A stretch of DNA of 64,000 nucleotides from Dehalococcoidia bacterium (lineage in GTDB: Bacteria; Chloroflexota; Dehalococcoidia; Lucifugimonadales; JAGWBF01). Each line of letters starts with the position of its first letter. Within the stretch, counting starts at the first letter, position 1. The translations under genes were made by a program, and so were the position numbers. Positions 39,005 to 47,864 of the stretch are shown in pieces. Location: NCBI GenBank assembly GCA_965248975.1, contig CBDFKU010000017.1, positions 27,236-91,235 of the forward strand, in the 5' to 3' direction. Under the pieces are notes generated by a model that was given only the letters and a program-made list of their open reading frames with translations, searched no databases and was not told where the DNA came from.

Positions 39005-40537
39005 TCACCTCGGCTCCAAGGTGAACTCTTTGTGGGATCCCCCGGTGTATCCCAGCTCCCCTTCGGCCGGACCGGGAGCATCCGAGCAGGGGATGAGGAG
39101 GGTTATCTGGGTGCCTATCTCTGGAGTGGACTGAATCCCCAGGGTGCCGCCGAGCATATACGCTCGCTCCTCCATCCCCGCCAGTCCGAGCTGACCGTTG
39201 GCGACCAGGCGGCTATCGTCGACCTCGAAACCAATCCCGTTGTCGATGACGGTCGCCCAGAGGGATTTGTTGTTGTACAGGCCGATATCCAGATTTACCT
39301 CGGTAGCCCTCGAGTGTTTCCGGGCGTTGGAGAGGGCCTCCTGGACTACCCGGTAGGTCGCCAACTCGGCGAGGGGAGCGAGACGGGGCACCTCTCCGTG
39401 TTCGCGGAATTGGGTGAGGATGCCGGTGTCCCGTTCGAAGGCGTCGGCGTATCTGGCGAGGGCTTTCACCAGGCCGACTCTCTCCAGCTCAGGTGGGTAC
39501 AGAGCCGCGGCGGTATGGCGCAACTCCTCCAGGCTCCGCCCCAGTGAGCTCTGGATATCCTCCAGTTCCTTACCGGCCCGGGCCGCCTCGCCCCGGTGGA
39601 AAAATCCGATACAGGTCTCAACGTGGTACAGGGCACTGGTGAGCCACTGGACAGGGGAGTCGTGGAGCTCCATGGCCAGCCTCTTGCGCTCATCCTCTCG
39701 GGCCGAAACCGATCTGTCCAGCAGCAGCTCTAGGCGACTCTGCTGAGAGGCCACGTTGGCGAAGAGGCCGGCGTTGGACACCCACATGGCCGTATGGCTG
39801 GCCGCCATCTGAAGCAGCTCCAGGTCTTCGCGGGAATAAGGCTCACTGCTGCGCTTGTGGGAGAGGGTGAGAACGCCCGCCAGGTCTTCCCTGTGCTTCA
39901 GCGGAATCAGTATGTCGATACGGGAGCTTTGAAGGTCTGCTAGCTCCTGGTGGGACATTGGTAGGAAGCCGGAGTCGCTCTCCAGGTCCTCACGCCTGAG
40001 GGATTCGTTGTGGAACCGCATCCAGGTCACGATCGGGCTGGTGGCTTCCAACTGAAGAGGGTCCGACGACTTGGAGGCCCTGTCCGACACTGAGGTGAAC
40101 CTGAGCCCGTTGCCTTGGGGGACCAGCAGACGAACATCTTCCGCGCCGGTGGCCAGGATAATGGACTGCTCGACGGTGAGCCCCAACATCTTCAGGTCAG
40201 TGATGTCCTTGGCGTACCGGGCGAAGTTTTTGACAGCACGAAGGTAATCGTAGCGGGTCCGCAGAAGCCAAGAGTCTACGAGCTTCTGGGTACCGTCTCT
40301 AACCGGCTTGGCCAGGGCCACTACTGCGATCACCGCAACCAGTGTCGCGGGCCAAGAGAAACTGAAGGGGCCCTTGAGAAGGACGGCGTTGAGGGAGACG
40401 AAAAGCGAAAGATAGACGCCCATCAAGGCAACTATCGTCCCTCCCCACACCAAGCCCTTCGCCATGGCCACTCTGACATCGAGGAGGCGAGGTCTTACGA
40501 TCATCGGGTCCTCCAGGTGTCTCGTCCAGATCAGCAC
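39005..40537 (-). CDS. Membrane sensor histidine kinase with a GAF-like domain, HisKA_3 type
   Basis: N-terminal hydrophobic helices, a central GAF-like region, the H-box ERKRLAMELHDSPVQ, and the ATPase motifs EALSNARKH and DNGIGF. The start may be internal. Confidence 0.85.
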   Translation of the reverse strand: MLIWTRHLEDPMIVRPRLLDVRVAMAKGLVWGGTIVALMGVYLSLFVSLNAVLLKGPFSFSWPATLVAVIAVVALAKPVRDGTQKLVDSWLLRTRYDYLRAVKNFARYAKDITDLKMLGLTVEQSIILATGAEDVRLLVPQGNGLRFTSVSDRASKSSDPLQLEATSPIVTWMRFHNESLRREDLESDSGFLPMSHQELADLQSSRIDILIPLKHREDLAGVLTLSHKRSSEPYSREDLELLQMAASHTAMWVSNAGLFANVASQQSRLELLLDRSVSAREDERKRLAMELHDSPVQWLTSALYHVETCIGFFHRGEAARAGKELEDIQSSLGRSLEELRHTAAALYPPELERVGLVKALARYADAFERDTGILTQFREHGEVPRLAPLAELATYRVVQEALSNARKHSRATEVNLDIGLYNNKSLWATVIDNGIGFEVDDSRLVANGQLGLAGMEERAYMLGGTLGIQSTPEIGTQITLLIPCSDAPGPAEGELGYTGGSHKEFTLEPR

Positions 40538-40699
40538 AATGCGGTCTGGATGATATCACGAGTCAGCAGATTTTTCAAGTCTGATATCGACGTAAACGTT
40601 CACGCCCTAACGTGCTTGGCGTCGATAACAGTAAAAATCTAAGACATTTCTTATATTTTTCAAAAAGTGCCGTCGGGTTGCCCATGCTTTGACACCCAC

Positions 40700-40766
40700 A
40701 TTTTGGAGAGGTGCCCTCAGGACCTGCATCCAGCAAAAGTCCTAATTCGATATGGGCCAAAAGTAC
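40700..40766 (-). promoter_or_regulatory. Copy A of the shared 44-nt module plus a -10-like element, facing the kinase/regulator operon
   Basis: The reverse complement of 40723-40766 is GTACTTTTGGCCCATATCGAATTAGGACTTTTGCTGGATGCAGG. CAAAAT lies 18 nt downstream (reverse strand, 40700-40705). Confidence 0.4.
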
Positions 40767-41126
40767 TATTCCCGGGGCTCTGCCGTAGCTGGCGAAGAGT
40801 GTCGGAAAACCCTCGTGGCCTGGTACATCCGGCCCAATCGGGTAACGGATTCTACCGGCCGCCCGGCCCGTGCTCCCGGATCTTGCGCGAGTATACCATC
40901 AGCGAAACCGCATTCTTCCTGTATGGTCATCCGGACCGATCCCCGCAGCCATTCCTTAAATCGAAATGCCGAGAAGATGCCGGAGACGCCCAGACGATGG
41001 CGGTCACCGATATATCACATCTAAATCACATGGCGAAGAACTCCCCTCGAAGAGTGTGCTTGTAGACGTTCCAGAGAGCAATCGGGAGCCGTTAGACCGA
41101 CCTCGTCGCTCACGACTCTGGCCGTG

Positions 41127-41192
41127 GTACTTTTGGACTAATCAATATTGGGACTTTAGCATGATGTCAGCGGTTGGTTGCGCCTCTATAAT
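41127..41192 (+). promoter_or_regulatory. Copy C of the shared module plus TATAAT, upstream of the ftsZ-like gene
   Basis: GTACTTTTGGACTAATCAATATTGGGACTTTAGCATGATGTCAG (41127-41170). ATGTCA, 17 nt, then TATAAT (41187-41192). Confidence 0.45.
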
Positions 41193-41281
41193 TTTGCCTG
41201 ATCACCAGAGTTGGTCGCGGCGTCCTGATTCCCACCATTATTGTTCATTTCGTCAGGGAATCGGCACCAGGGAGCGGGGCG

Positions 41282-42304
41282 ATGGCTGAGGCGAAAGAAG
41301 TCCGTGACGATATGAACGTAGCCAATGGAGATCGGAGCTGGCATATTGGCCAGCCCCCCTTGCTGGTTCCTTGCCGCCGGGCGTTGACCAAAATCAAGGT
41401 GGTCGGCGTCGGTGACGGAGGGTGTACCTGTGTCGCGCTCACGTCCGAGTACGATTTGCCCGGGGTCCAGTACGCCCTGGTCAACACTCGCGTCGATCTC
41501 CAGCGTGGGTTCGTCAATGTTCCGGAGGTTGTCCAGATCGGGCAACGAGTAGCCAGCGGTTTCGGAGCCGCCCGCTACTCCCGAGTGACCGAGCTGACCA
41601 TCGAGGACTCGGACGCCCAGCTCAGGAGCGTGCTGGAGGACGCCGAGCTGGTGCTGGTTACCACCGGTCTGGGCGGAGCAACCGGGACCAGGGCGGCGCC
41701 ATACGTGGCAGCCCTCGCCAGAGAGATGGGGGCCTTTGTCCTGGGGGTTGTCACCACTCCCTTCAGCTTCGAAGGCAGTCGCAGGATCGGGGAAGCCGTG
41801 GCCGGCCTGGCCCAACTGCGATCCTGTGTGGACAATGTCATCGTGATTCACAGCGATCGCCTGCTTCGCTTCATCAATCGCGACGCCGAAATAGCGGACG
41901 CCTTCGACAAGGCCAACGAAGTTGTGAGTCAAGGATTGCTGAGTATATCCGGGTTGCTTAACGAGCCCGGAGAGCTGGGCGCGGACTTCGAGGATGTCCG
42001 CACCGTTCTGGGATATCCCGGAGGTATGCTTATGGCGGTCGGGCGCGGTAGGGGACAGTCGGGACTCGTGGAGGCGGCCCAGGAGGCTATAGCTTATCCA
42101 CTGCTGAACCTGTCGATGGCGGGGGCCCGGGGGATTATCCTCTTTATTAAAGGCGGCCAGGACCTGACTCCCGCCGCAGTTGACGCGGCCAGCGCCTTCA
42201 TAAGCAAGGCTTGTAAACATAACCCTCGCACCCTGTTTGGCATGTCTATCGACCGTGGCCTGGGCGATAGGGTACAGCTCACGTTGATCGCCACCGGATT
42301 GTAA
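41282..42304 (+). CDS. FtsZ-like paralogue with degenerate nucleotide-binding loops and no C-terminal tail
   Basis: Colinear with the downstream FtsZ over the whole globular core. GVGDGGCT replaces GVGGGGCN, NTR replaces NTD, GFGAARYSRVT replaces GWGAGGDAKIG, and GGATGTR replaces GGGTGTG. It ends at ..LIATGL. Confidence 0.75.
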   Translation: MAEAKEVRDDMNVANGDRSWHIGQPPLLVPCRRALTKIKVVGVGDGGCTCVALTSEYDLPGVQYALVNTRVDLQRGFVNVPEVVQIGQRVASGFGAARYSRVTELTIEDSDAQLRSVLEDAELVLVTTGLGGATGTRAAPYVAALAREMGAFVLGVVTTPFSFEGSRRIGEAVAGLAQLRSCVDNVIVIHSDRLLRFINRDAEIADAFDKANEVVSQGLLSISGLLNEPGELGADFEDVRTVLGYPGGMLMAVGRGRGQSGLVEAAQEAIAYPLLNLSMAGARGIILFIKGGQDLTPAAVDAASAFISKACKHNPRTLFGMSIDRGLGDRVQLTLIATGL

Positions 42305-42323
42305 GCCGATTTCGAAGGTCATA

Positions 42324-42390
42324 GTACTTTTGGTCTATCAGAAATTAGGACTTTTGCAGGATGTCAGGCACGATGCAGCGTCCCTAGAAT
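42324..42390 (+). promoter_or_regulatory. Copy B of the shared module plus TAGAAT, upstream of ftsZ
   Basis: GTACTTTTGGTCTATCAGAAATTAGGACTTTTGCAGGATGTCAG (42324-42367). ATGTCA, 18 nt, then TAGAAT (42385-42390). Confidence 0.45.
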
Positions 42391-42454
42391 GTTGGCACGG
42401 TTCCACAGAGCAGAGCGCTAAGGGTGGCGGGTACTCACCGAAAGGAGTAAGCCA

Positions 42455-43561
42455 ATGACTAGTACTAATGGAGACGGAAGAGGAAAAGTGGACGGCGCAG
42501 CGGTCCAGGAGGTGATTAACGAAAGCTACGAGCACCAGGCTCCGGCCCCGGCCCCGGAGCAGAGTCCTTGGGAGCGAGCACCTGCTCGCATCAAGGTGAT
42601 CGGAGTCGGCGGCGGTGGCTGTAACTGCGTCCGACGCATGGTGGACCACCACGTGCCGGGTGTTGAGTACGTCATGGTCAACACTGACGTCAAGTCCCTG
42701 CAGGCCGCCTCCCACGTAAGCGAGGTCGTGCAGATCGGACAGAAAGTGACCCGTGGCTGGGGCGCCGGCGGCGACGCCAAGATCGGTGAAAAGGCCGCCG
42801 AGGAGTCCGCAAGTCAGCTCAGGAATTCCCTGAAGAACGCCGAGTTGGTGTTCATAACGTCGGGCATGGGCGGCGGAACCGGAACGGGCGCCGCTCCCTA
42901 CGTGGCTCACCTGGCCAAAGAGATGGGCGCTCTGGTCGTGGGCGTGGTGACGACCCCCTTCAGCTTCGAGGGGAGCCGTCGCATAGGCGAGGCCATCGCG
43001 GGTGTCTCACGGCTTCGCCCTTTTGTTGACAACCTGATCGTGATCCACAATGATCGCCTGCTACAGTACGTTAGCCACGATGCCGAAATGATCGACGCCT
43101 TCAAGACGGCCGACGAAGTCGTCACCCAGGGCATCCTGAGCGTGTCGGAGCTGATCAACGTACCCGGCGAGATCAACGTGGACTTCGCCGATGTCCGCTC
43201 CATCATGCTCCATCCCGGCGGGGCTCTGATGGCGATCGGACGAGGCAACGGGAAGATGGGTGCGCTGGAAGCCGCCAGTCAGGCGATAGCCAACCCGCTG
43301 CTGAACCTGTCGATCAAGGGCGCCGAGGGTGTACTGTTCTCGGTCCAGGGCGGACGAGAGTTGACCCTGGGTGGGGTGAACGCCGCCGGAGAGATGATCT
43401 CCAAGTCCGTCAAGAAGGACGCCTCGATCTTCTTCGGCATGTCGATCCAGGAGGACCTGGAAGACTCGGTGAAGCTCACCATGATCGCCACGGGGCTCAA
43501 GGACAAGGATTTCATGGGAGCCATGTCCGGCAAAGTGAAGGGCTTCCTGGGCAAGAGATAG
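42455..43561 (+). CDS. ftsZ: Cell division GTPase FtsZ
   Basis: IKVIGVGGGGCNCV, NTD, GAGGDAKIG, the tubulin signature GGGTGTGAAP, PFSFEG and the T7 loop NVDFADV are all present. The tail is short and ends in GFLGKR. Confidence 0.95.
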   Translation: MTSTNGDGRGKVDGAAVQEVINESYEHQAPAPAPEQSPWERAPARIKVIGVGGGGCNCVRRMVDHHVPGVEYVMVNTDVKSLQAASHVSEVVQIGQKVTRGWGAGGDAKIGEKAAEESASQLRNSLKNAELVFITSGMGGGTGTGAAPYVAHLAKEMGALVVGVVTTPFSFEGSRRIGEAIAGVSRLRPFVDNLIVIHNDRLLQYVSHDAEMIDAFKTADEVVTQGILSVSELINVPGEINVDFADVRSIMLHPGGALMAIGRGNGKMGALEAASQAIANPLLNLSIKGAEGVLFSVQGGRELTLGGVNAAGEMISKSVKKDASIFFGMSIQEDLEDSVKLTMIATGLKDKDFMGAMSGKVKGFLGKR

Positions 43562-43568
43562 AGGAATA

Positions 43569-43625
43569 GGAAGGGGCACTCCCGCGCGGCTACGAGCCGC
43601 CAAGGATGCCCCTTCTTCTTTTCGC
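43569..43625 (+). terminator. Terminator hairpin after ftsZ
   Basis: GGAAGGGGCA ... TGCCCCTTC followed by TTCTTTTC. Confidence 0.5.
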
Positions 43626-43632
43626 ATGGCAC

Positions 43633-43671
43633 GAAGGGCCCGTGAACTCACGGGCCCTTCCCCTTTATTTT
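43633..43671 (+). terminator. Second rho-independent terminator
   Basis: GAAGGGCCCGTG(AACT)CACGGGCCCTTC followed by CCCTTTATTTT. Confidence 0.65.
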
Positions 43672-43786
43672 GGCACTACAGTCAGGGTCTACTTTGGTCG
43701 AACTGGATTACATACGGTCCCGGGGATTATAATTTACCCAGGGACGGCAAGAGCAGATATCATTCAGCAAGAAGAGAGCTGCTGAC

Positions 43787-43945
43787 ATGGCCAGGGTCAA
43801 CTGGTACGAAGAGCATCCTCCGGCCTGTACTTGCGCTAGCTGCGAGGAAAAGAAGCTTATCCGACGACAGCACGGCAAGGTCGGTCGAAACGCGAAGTGT
43901 CCCTGCGGCAGTGGCAAGAAGTTCAAGAAATGCCACGGGCAGTGA
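43787..43945 (+). CDS. 52-aa SEC-C motif (SecA C-terminal-type zinc-binding) mini-protein
   Basis: [52 protein letters not shown]. It is below the ORF-track size cut-off. [14 protein letters not shown] is the SEC-C signature. Confidence 0.55.
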   Translation: MARVNWYEEHPPACTCASCEEKKLIRRQHGKVGRNAKCPCGSGKKFKKCHGQ

Positions 43946-44099
43946 ACGGATCGACCTCGGGACCCACGGGAAAATGAGGGAATAGGCCAGCCTCAGCCAA
44001 GCTCATCTATTATTAGAGCATCCCTCGGAAAACCCCAACCAGCAGCCCATACCCTGCTATAATGTCGGCGTCCCTGGATAGTTCGGAGGTGGTATAGCT

Positions 44100-45095
44100 A
44101 TGGTCACGGGCCGGATCCGTCAACCGATCGAGCGGAACATTGCCATGGAACTGGCGCGAGTAACGGAGTCGGCGGCTTTGTCGGCCGCCCGTTACATGGG
44201 TATGGGCGACAAAGAGCTGGTGGACCAGGCCGCAGTGGACGCCATGCGGTTCACGCTGGGCTCCATCGCGATGGACGGGATCGTGGTCATAGGCGAGGGC
44301 GAGAAGGACGAGGCCCCGATGCTCTACATAGGCGAGCGCATAGGTGACGGCTCGCCGCCGCAGGTGGACATCGCTGTAGATCCCATCGACGGCACAACCT
44401 TGCTGTCCAAGGGACTCCCGGGAGCAATCGCGGCCGTCGCACTCTCCGCCCGGGGAACCATGAACGTCCCCGGACAAATCGTCTACGTGAACAAGATCGC
44501 CGTGGGCAAGGAAGCCAAGGATGCCATCGACATCGATGCGCCGGTGGAGACCAACCTGAAAAACATCTCCAAGTCCATGGGGCGTAGGGTGGAGGAGATC
44601 ACGGTAGTGGTGCTGGACCGCCCTCGCCACGAGCAGCTCCTCGTCGATATCCGCGCCATCGGGGCCCGCGTCAAGCTCATCACCGACGGCGACGTGGCGG
44701 CCGGTATCCACGCTGCGCTACCAGACAGCGGCGTGGACGTGCTGATGGGCATCGGTGGCACTCCGGAGGGCGTGCTTACGGCGGCAGCTATCCGGTGCAC
44801 CGGCGGGGCCATCCAGTGTAAGGCCTGGCCTCGCAATGACGATGAGCGAGAGGCGGCCGTGCAGGCAGGGGTGGACCTGGAGAAGGTGTACGCTACTGAG
44901 GAGTTGGTGGGCGGCGAAGAGGTGTTCTTTGCCGCCACCGGCGCCAGCTCCGGCGACCTGCTGAGCGGTGTGAGGTTCTTCGCGGACGGCGCCCAGACCC
45001 ATTCCTTGGTGATGCGTTCGCGCTCCGGGACCCTCCGGTGGATCGACTCCCTGCACGACTTCTCGCGCCTGGACAAGATCCGCTACCAGGGCTGA
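44100..45095 (+). CDS. glpX: Class II fructose-1,6-bisphosphatase (GlpX type)
   Basis: ELARVTESAALSAARYMGMGDK..VDQAAVDAMR..GEGEKDEAPMLYIGE..VDIAVDPIDGTT.. Confidence 0.9.
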   Translation: MVTGRIRQPIERNIAMELARVTESAALSAARYMGMGDKELVDQAAVDAMRFTLGSIAMDGIVVIGEGEKDEAPMLYIGERIGDGSPPQVDIAVDPIDGTTLLSKGLPGAIAAVALSARGTMNVPGQIVYVNKIAVGKEAKDAIDIDAPVETNLKNISKSMGRRVEEITVVVLDRPRHEQLLVDIRAIGARVKLITDGDVAAGIHAALPDSGVDVLMGIGGTPEGVLTAAAIRCTGGAIQCKAWPRNDDEREAAVQAGVDLEKVYATEELVGGEEVFFAATGASSGDLLSGVRFFADGAQTHSLVMRSRSGTLRWIDSLHDFSRLDKIRYQG

Positions 45096-45144
45096 GCAGC
45101 GCTCGGTACGCTGAGCTCCCTACTCTGCCGTCACGGATTCGCCA

Positions 45145-46179
45145 CTAGGAGGCGGCCGCCGCCGCCTTCTCCATCTCTGGGCTGTAGACGCCTTGGCGGG
45201 CGGCACTGGTGAACCTCGCACGCTGGTAGTAGGCAGCCTGGGCCTGTGGCACGTTCTCCGCTTTCCCGGACCAGGCCTTTAAGGGCGCAGCCTGGAGCCC
45301 GCGGCCGTAGGAGAAGCTGAGCTCCCATGGCGCGCCGGCCGCCTGGCGGTTGATGGCATCCAGGTTTACGGTGGCCTCCGCGTCGGACTGGCCGCCGGAC
45401 AGGAAGACGATGCCCGGCACAGCGGCGGGTACGGTCCTCTTGAAGCAGGCGATTGTCTTCTCGGCCACCTCCTCCGGGCTGGCCCGGTTGGTAGCGGAGG
45501 CGCCGGAGATTACCATGTTGGGTTTCAGCAACATGCCCTCGAGCGTCACGCGCTGCCGGCCAAGCTGGTGAAAGACCTCCCTCAGCGTAGCTCCCGTGAC
45601 CTTGAAGCAGGTGTCGATGTCGTGATCGCCGTCCATCAGCACCTCGGGCTCAACGATGGGCACGAGGCCGGCTTCCTGGCTGAGGGCGGCATAGCGGGCC
45701 AGGGCGTGAGCGTTGACATCTATGCAGTAGGCGCTGGGGATGTCCGGTCCGATAGTAATGACGCCGCGCCATTTTGTGAAGCGCGCGCCGATTTCGAAGT
45801 ACTCCTTGAGCCGGTCCGCCAGGCCGTCCAGACCCTCGGTCACCATCTCGTTGGGAGCGCCTGGGAGAGGCTTGGTTCCCTTGTCCACCTTGATGCCGGG
45901 GATTATCCCTTGGTCCGCCAATATCTTGACCATGGGAGTGCCATCGGCGCCGTTCTGCCGGATGGTTTCATCGTAGAGGATGACCCCGCTGATGTACTCT
46001 GCGGCACCGTTGGTGCGAAAGAGAAACTCTCGGTAGTTGCGGCGGTTTTCCTCGGTGGACTCCGCGTTGATCGAATCGAACCGCCTCTTGATGGTCCCGC
46101 TGCTCTCGTCCGCTGCCAGGATTCCTTTGCCAGGCGCCACAAGTGCTTGAGCCGTGTCGGCGAGCTGCTTCACGTCCAT
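45145..46179 (-). CDS. fba: Class I fructose-bisphosphate aldolase
   Basis: GKGILAADESSGTIKRRF..ENRRNYRE..GVILYDETI..LLKPNMV (Schiff-base Lys region). Confidence 0.9.
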   Translation of the reverse strand: MDVKQLADTAQALVAPGKGILAADESSGTIKRRFDSINAESTEENRRNYREFLFRTNGAAEYISGVILYDETIRQNGADGTPMVKILADQGIIPGIKVDKGTKPLPGAPNEMVTEGLDGLADRLKEYFEIGARFTKWRGVITIGPDIPSAYCIDVNAHALARYAALSQEAGLVPIVEPEVLMDGDHDIDTCFKVTGATLREVFHQLGRQRVTLEGMLLKPNMVISGASATNRASPEEVAEKTIACFKRTVPAAVPGIVFLSGGQSDAEATVNLDAINRQAAGAPWELSFSYGRGLQAAPLKAWSGKAENVPQAQAAYYQRARFTSAARQGVYSPEMEKAAAAAS

Positions 46180-46247
46180 GAGAAACCTCCCTGCTGCGTT
46201 ATCCGGGTGTCTTATGGGCCATAGCGCTAAGGTCGGTCGGGAATACC

Positions 46248-46333
46248 TGGTGCCGAAGGTCGGAGTCGAACCGACACGGGGTTGCCCCCAACGGTTTTTG
46301 AGACCGTCGCGTCTACCATTCCGCCACTTCGGC
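46248..46333 (-). tRNA. tRNA-Leu (anticodon CAA), with encoded CCA
   Basis: The reverse strand is GCCGAAGTGGCGGAATGGTAGACGCGACGGTCTCAAAAACCGTTGGGGGCAACCCCGTGTCGGTTCGACTCCGACCTTCGGCACCA. It has a 7-bp acceptor stem, the anticodon loop CUCAAAA and a long variable arm. Confidence 0.9.
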
Positions 46334-46570
46334 CCTGAACCCTATTTTATATGTAAAACCCGGGAATTACGACCTCCGCCGTAGATGTCCATCGCGACGT
46401 TCGCACTGAATGGGCTGCCGCGCAGTCCAGGCCGGAGAGAATTATCGATGGAATCTTTACAAACTCACTGGTGTGCCTCACGACCAAGTCACATGAGCAT
46501 AGCAATATATCCACGTGGAAACCGGGTACATATCGTGCAGAGGGGCTGGATGCCGGAGAGGGTTTACGCC

Positions 46571-47139
46571 ATGAACAATGGAGCGAAACCCCGAATCGTC
46601 GTGCTGGGAGGTGGATTCGCGGGGCTGGAGTCAAGCTTCTACCTGCGGATGCGCCTGAAGGACCGTGCGGACATAACCCTGGTTTCAGATCAGGATCACT
46701 TTCTGTTCAAGCCGAACACCATTTACATCCCCTTTGGCCTTGACCCGGAAAAGCTGAAGATACCGTTGGAGCAGCCGACGCGGCGCAAGGATATCCGGCT
46801 CGTCCAGGCCCATGCGCGGGGGATCGACGCTGACACAAAGGCGGTCCACGCGAAGCCGTTCGCGTCCGTAAGCATGTGGGTGATGGAGCAGTACGACAAG
46901 GCCACCTTCGCCCAGGTGCAGCTGCGGCTCACGGGCTCACCAGAGCTGCCGGTGGAGTCCAACCGGAGGCGATGGATCTCTACAGAGTCGGGTCGGCCCG
47001 CACGTGGCGTCTGGGGAAGAAGCTGCTGGGCGTGTACCTGCCCTGGCGCTTCCGTGCGGGCAATCCCTTCCATGTCGGCCTGCCATGGAAGGGTATGGAG
47101 GTTGGGCTGAAGGTAATGTCCCGGGTCCGGGCATCGTAG
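46571..47139 (+). pseudogene. Remnant of an FAD-dependent pyridine-nucleotide-disulfide oxidoreductase (SQR/NDH-2 type) with an internal deletion and a frame change
   Basis: The N-terminus is KPRIVVLGGGFAGLESSFYLR..ITLVSDQDHFLFKPNTIYIPFG.. up to ~46850. The plausible C-terminus (..WRLGKKLLGVYLPWRFRAGNPFH..) is in another frame (ORF 46876-47139). The total is about half the normal length. Confidence 0.5.
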
Positions 47140-47152
47140 GCCGCCCGGAAGC

Positions 47153-47737
47153 TCACTCCAGGGTAATGGTGCGCATGGCCAGCTCGGTCCCGTTGACGCT
47201 GAACACGAAAGTTGGCGGTGTACCTATGGGTAGCCCCCCTCGGTCGAAAGAGGCGAGGTAAAAGGGGGCAGCCAGGAAGGGTCTCTCACGGCCTGGAGGG
47301 TCGTCCTCTAGCTCCAGGTTAACACGAATTACGGTGCCTTCAGGGACAGCGGTGTCGAGGGAAAGAGGGTCTCCCTTGAGGGGCCGCCACATGTAGAAGG
47401 CCACCACTGCTACCTCTTGGTTATAGTTGACCCGGTCCAGGATCTCCTGGTTCCCCCGGACCCGGACCAGATCGACGGAGTCCAGGAACTGCCTCATCCG
47501 CTCCTCGGAGGTGATGATTCGGGCCTCCAGTATCTCGGCGAAGGGATCGGCGGCCGGATCTACCCCCTCCGGGACCAACCAACCTCCCAGAAGGAAACGA
47601 GTGCTCAGATTGTTGTCGGCCGGCGGCGTCTCGGCCGCCGGGGTGCCGTCCTGGCGCCCCACTCGGTCCGAACCACAGGCCAGGGCCAGGGAGAGCATTA
47701 CGGCGGCTGCCAGTAGCAGAAGCGACTTACCTACCAT
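47153..47737 (-). CDS. Putative lipoprotein
   Basis: MVGKSLLLLAAAVMLSLALACGS is a signal peptide with the lipobox LALAC. Confidence 0.6.
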   Translation of the reverse strand: MVGKSLLLLAAAVMLSLALACGSDRVGRQDGTPAAETPPADNNLSTRFLLGGWLVPEGVDPAADPFAEILEARIITSEERMRQFLDSVDLVRVRGNQEILDRVNYNQEVAVVAFYMWRPLKGDPLSLDTAVPEGTVIRVNLELEDDPPGRERPFLAAPFYLASFDRGGLPIGTPPTFVFSVNGTELAMRTITLE

Positions 47738-47864
47738 GGGGTGAAGTGTACCAGACGCCGCCCGTTGCAGGGAATGAGCGAAGGGTTGTAACCCATCCAC
47801 GGGCGGGATAGACTGGAGCCGGATATAACGGCCCCTAGGCCTCGGGTGATCAGGTTCGGAGAGG

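Noticed and set aside
40538-41281. ORFs in the 740-nt kinase/ftsZ-like intergenic region (for example 40667-41065, 40752-41024 and a 54-codon reverse ORF).
   Set aside because: Their translations are Arg/Pro/Cys-rich and low-complexity. They have no RBS or motif, and they overlap each other in different frames. The region is better explained as regulatory DNA or decayed sequence.
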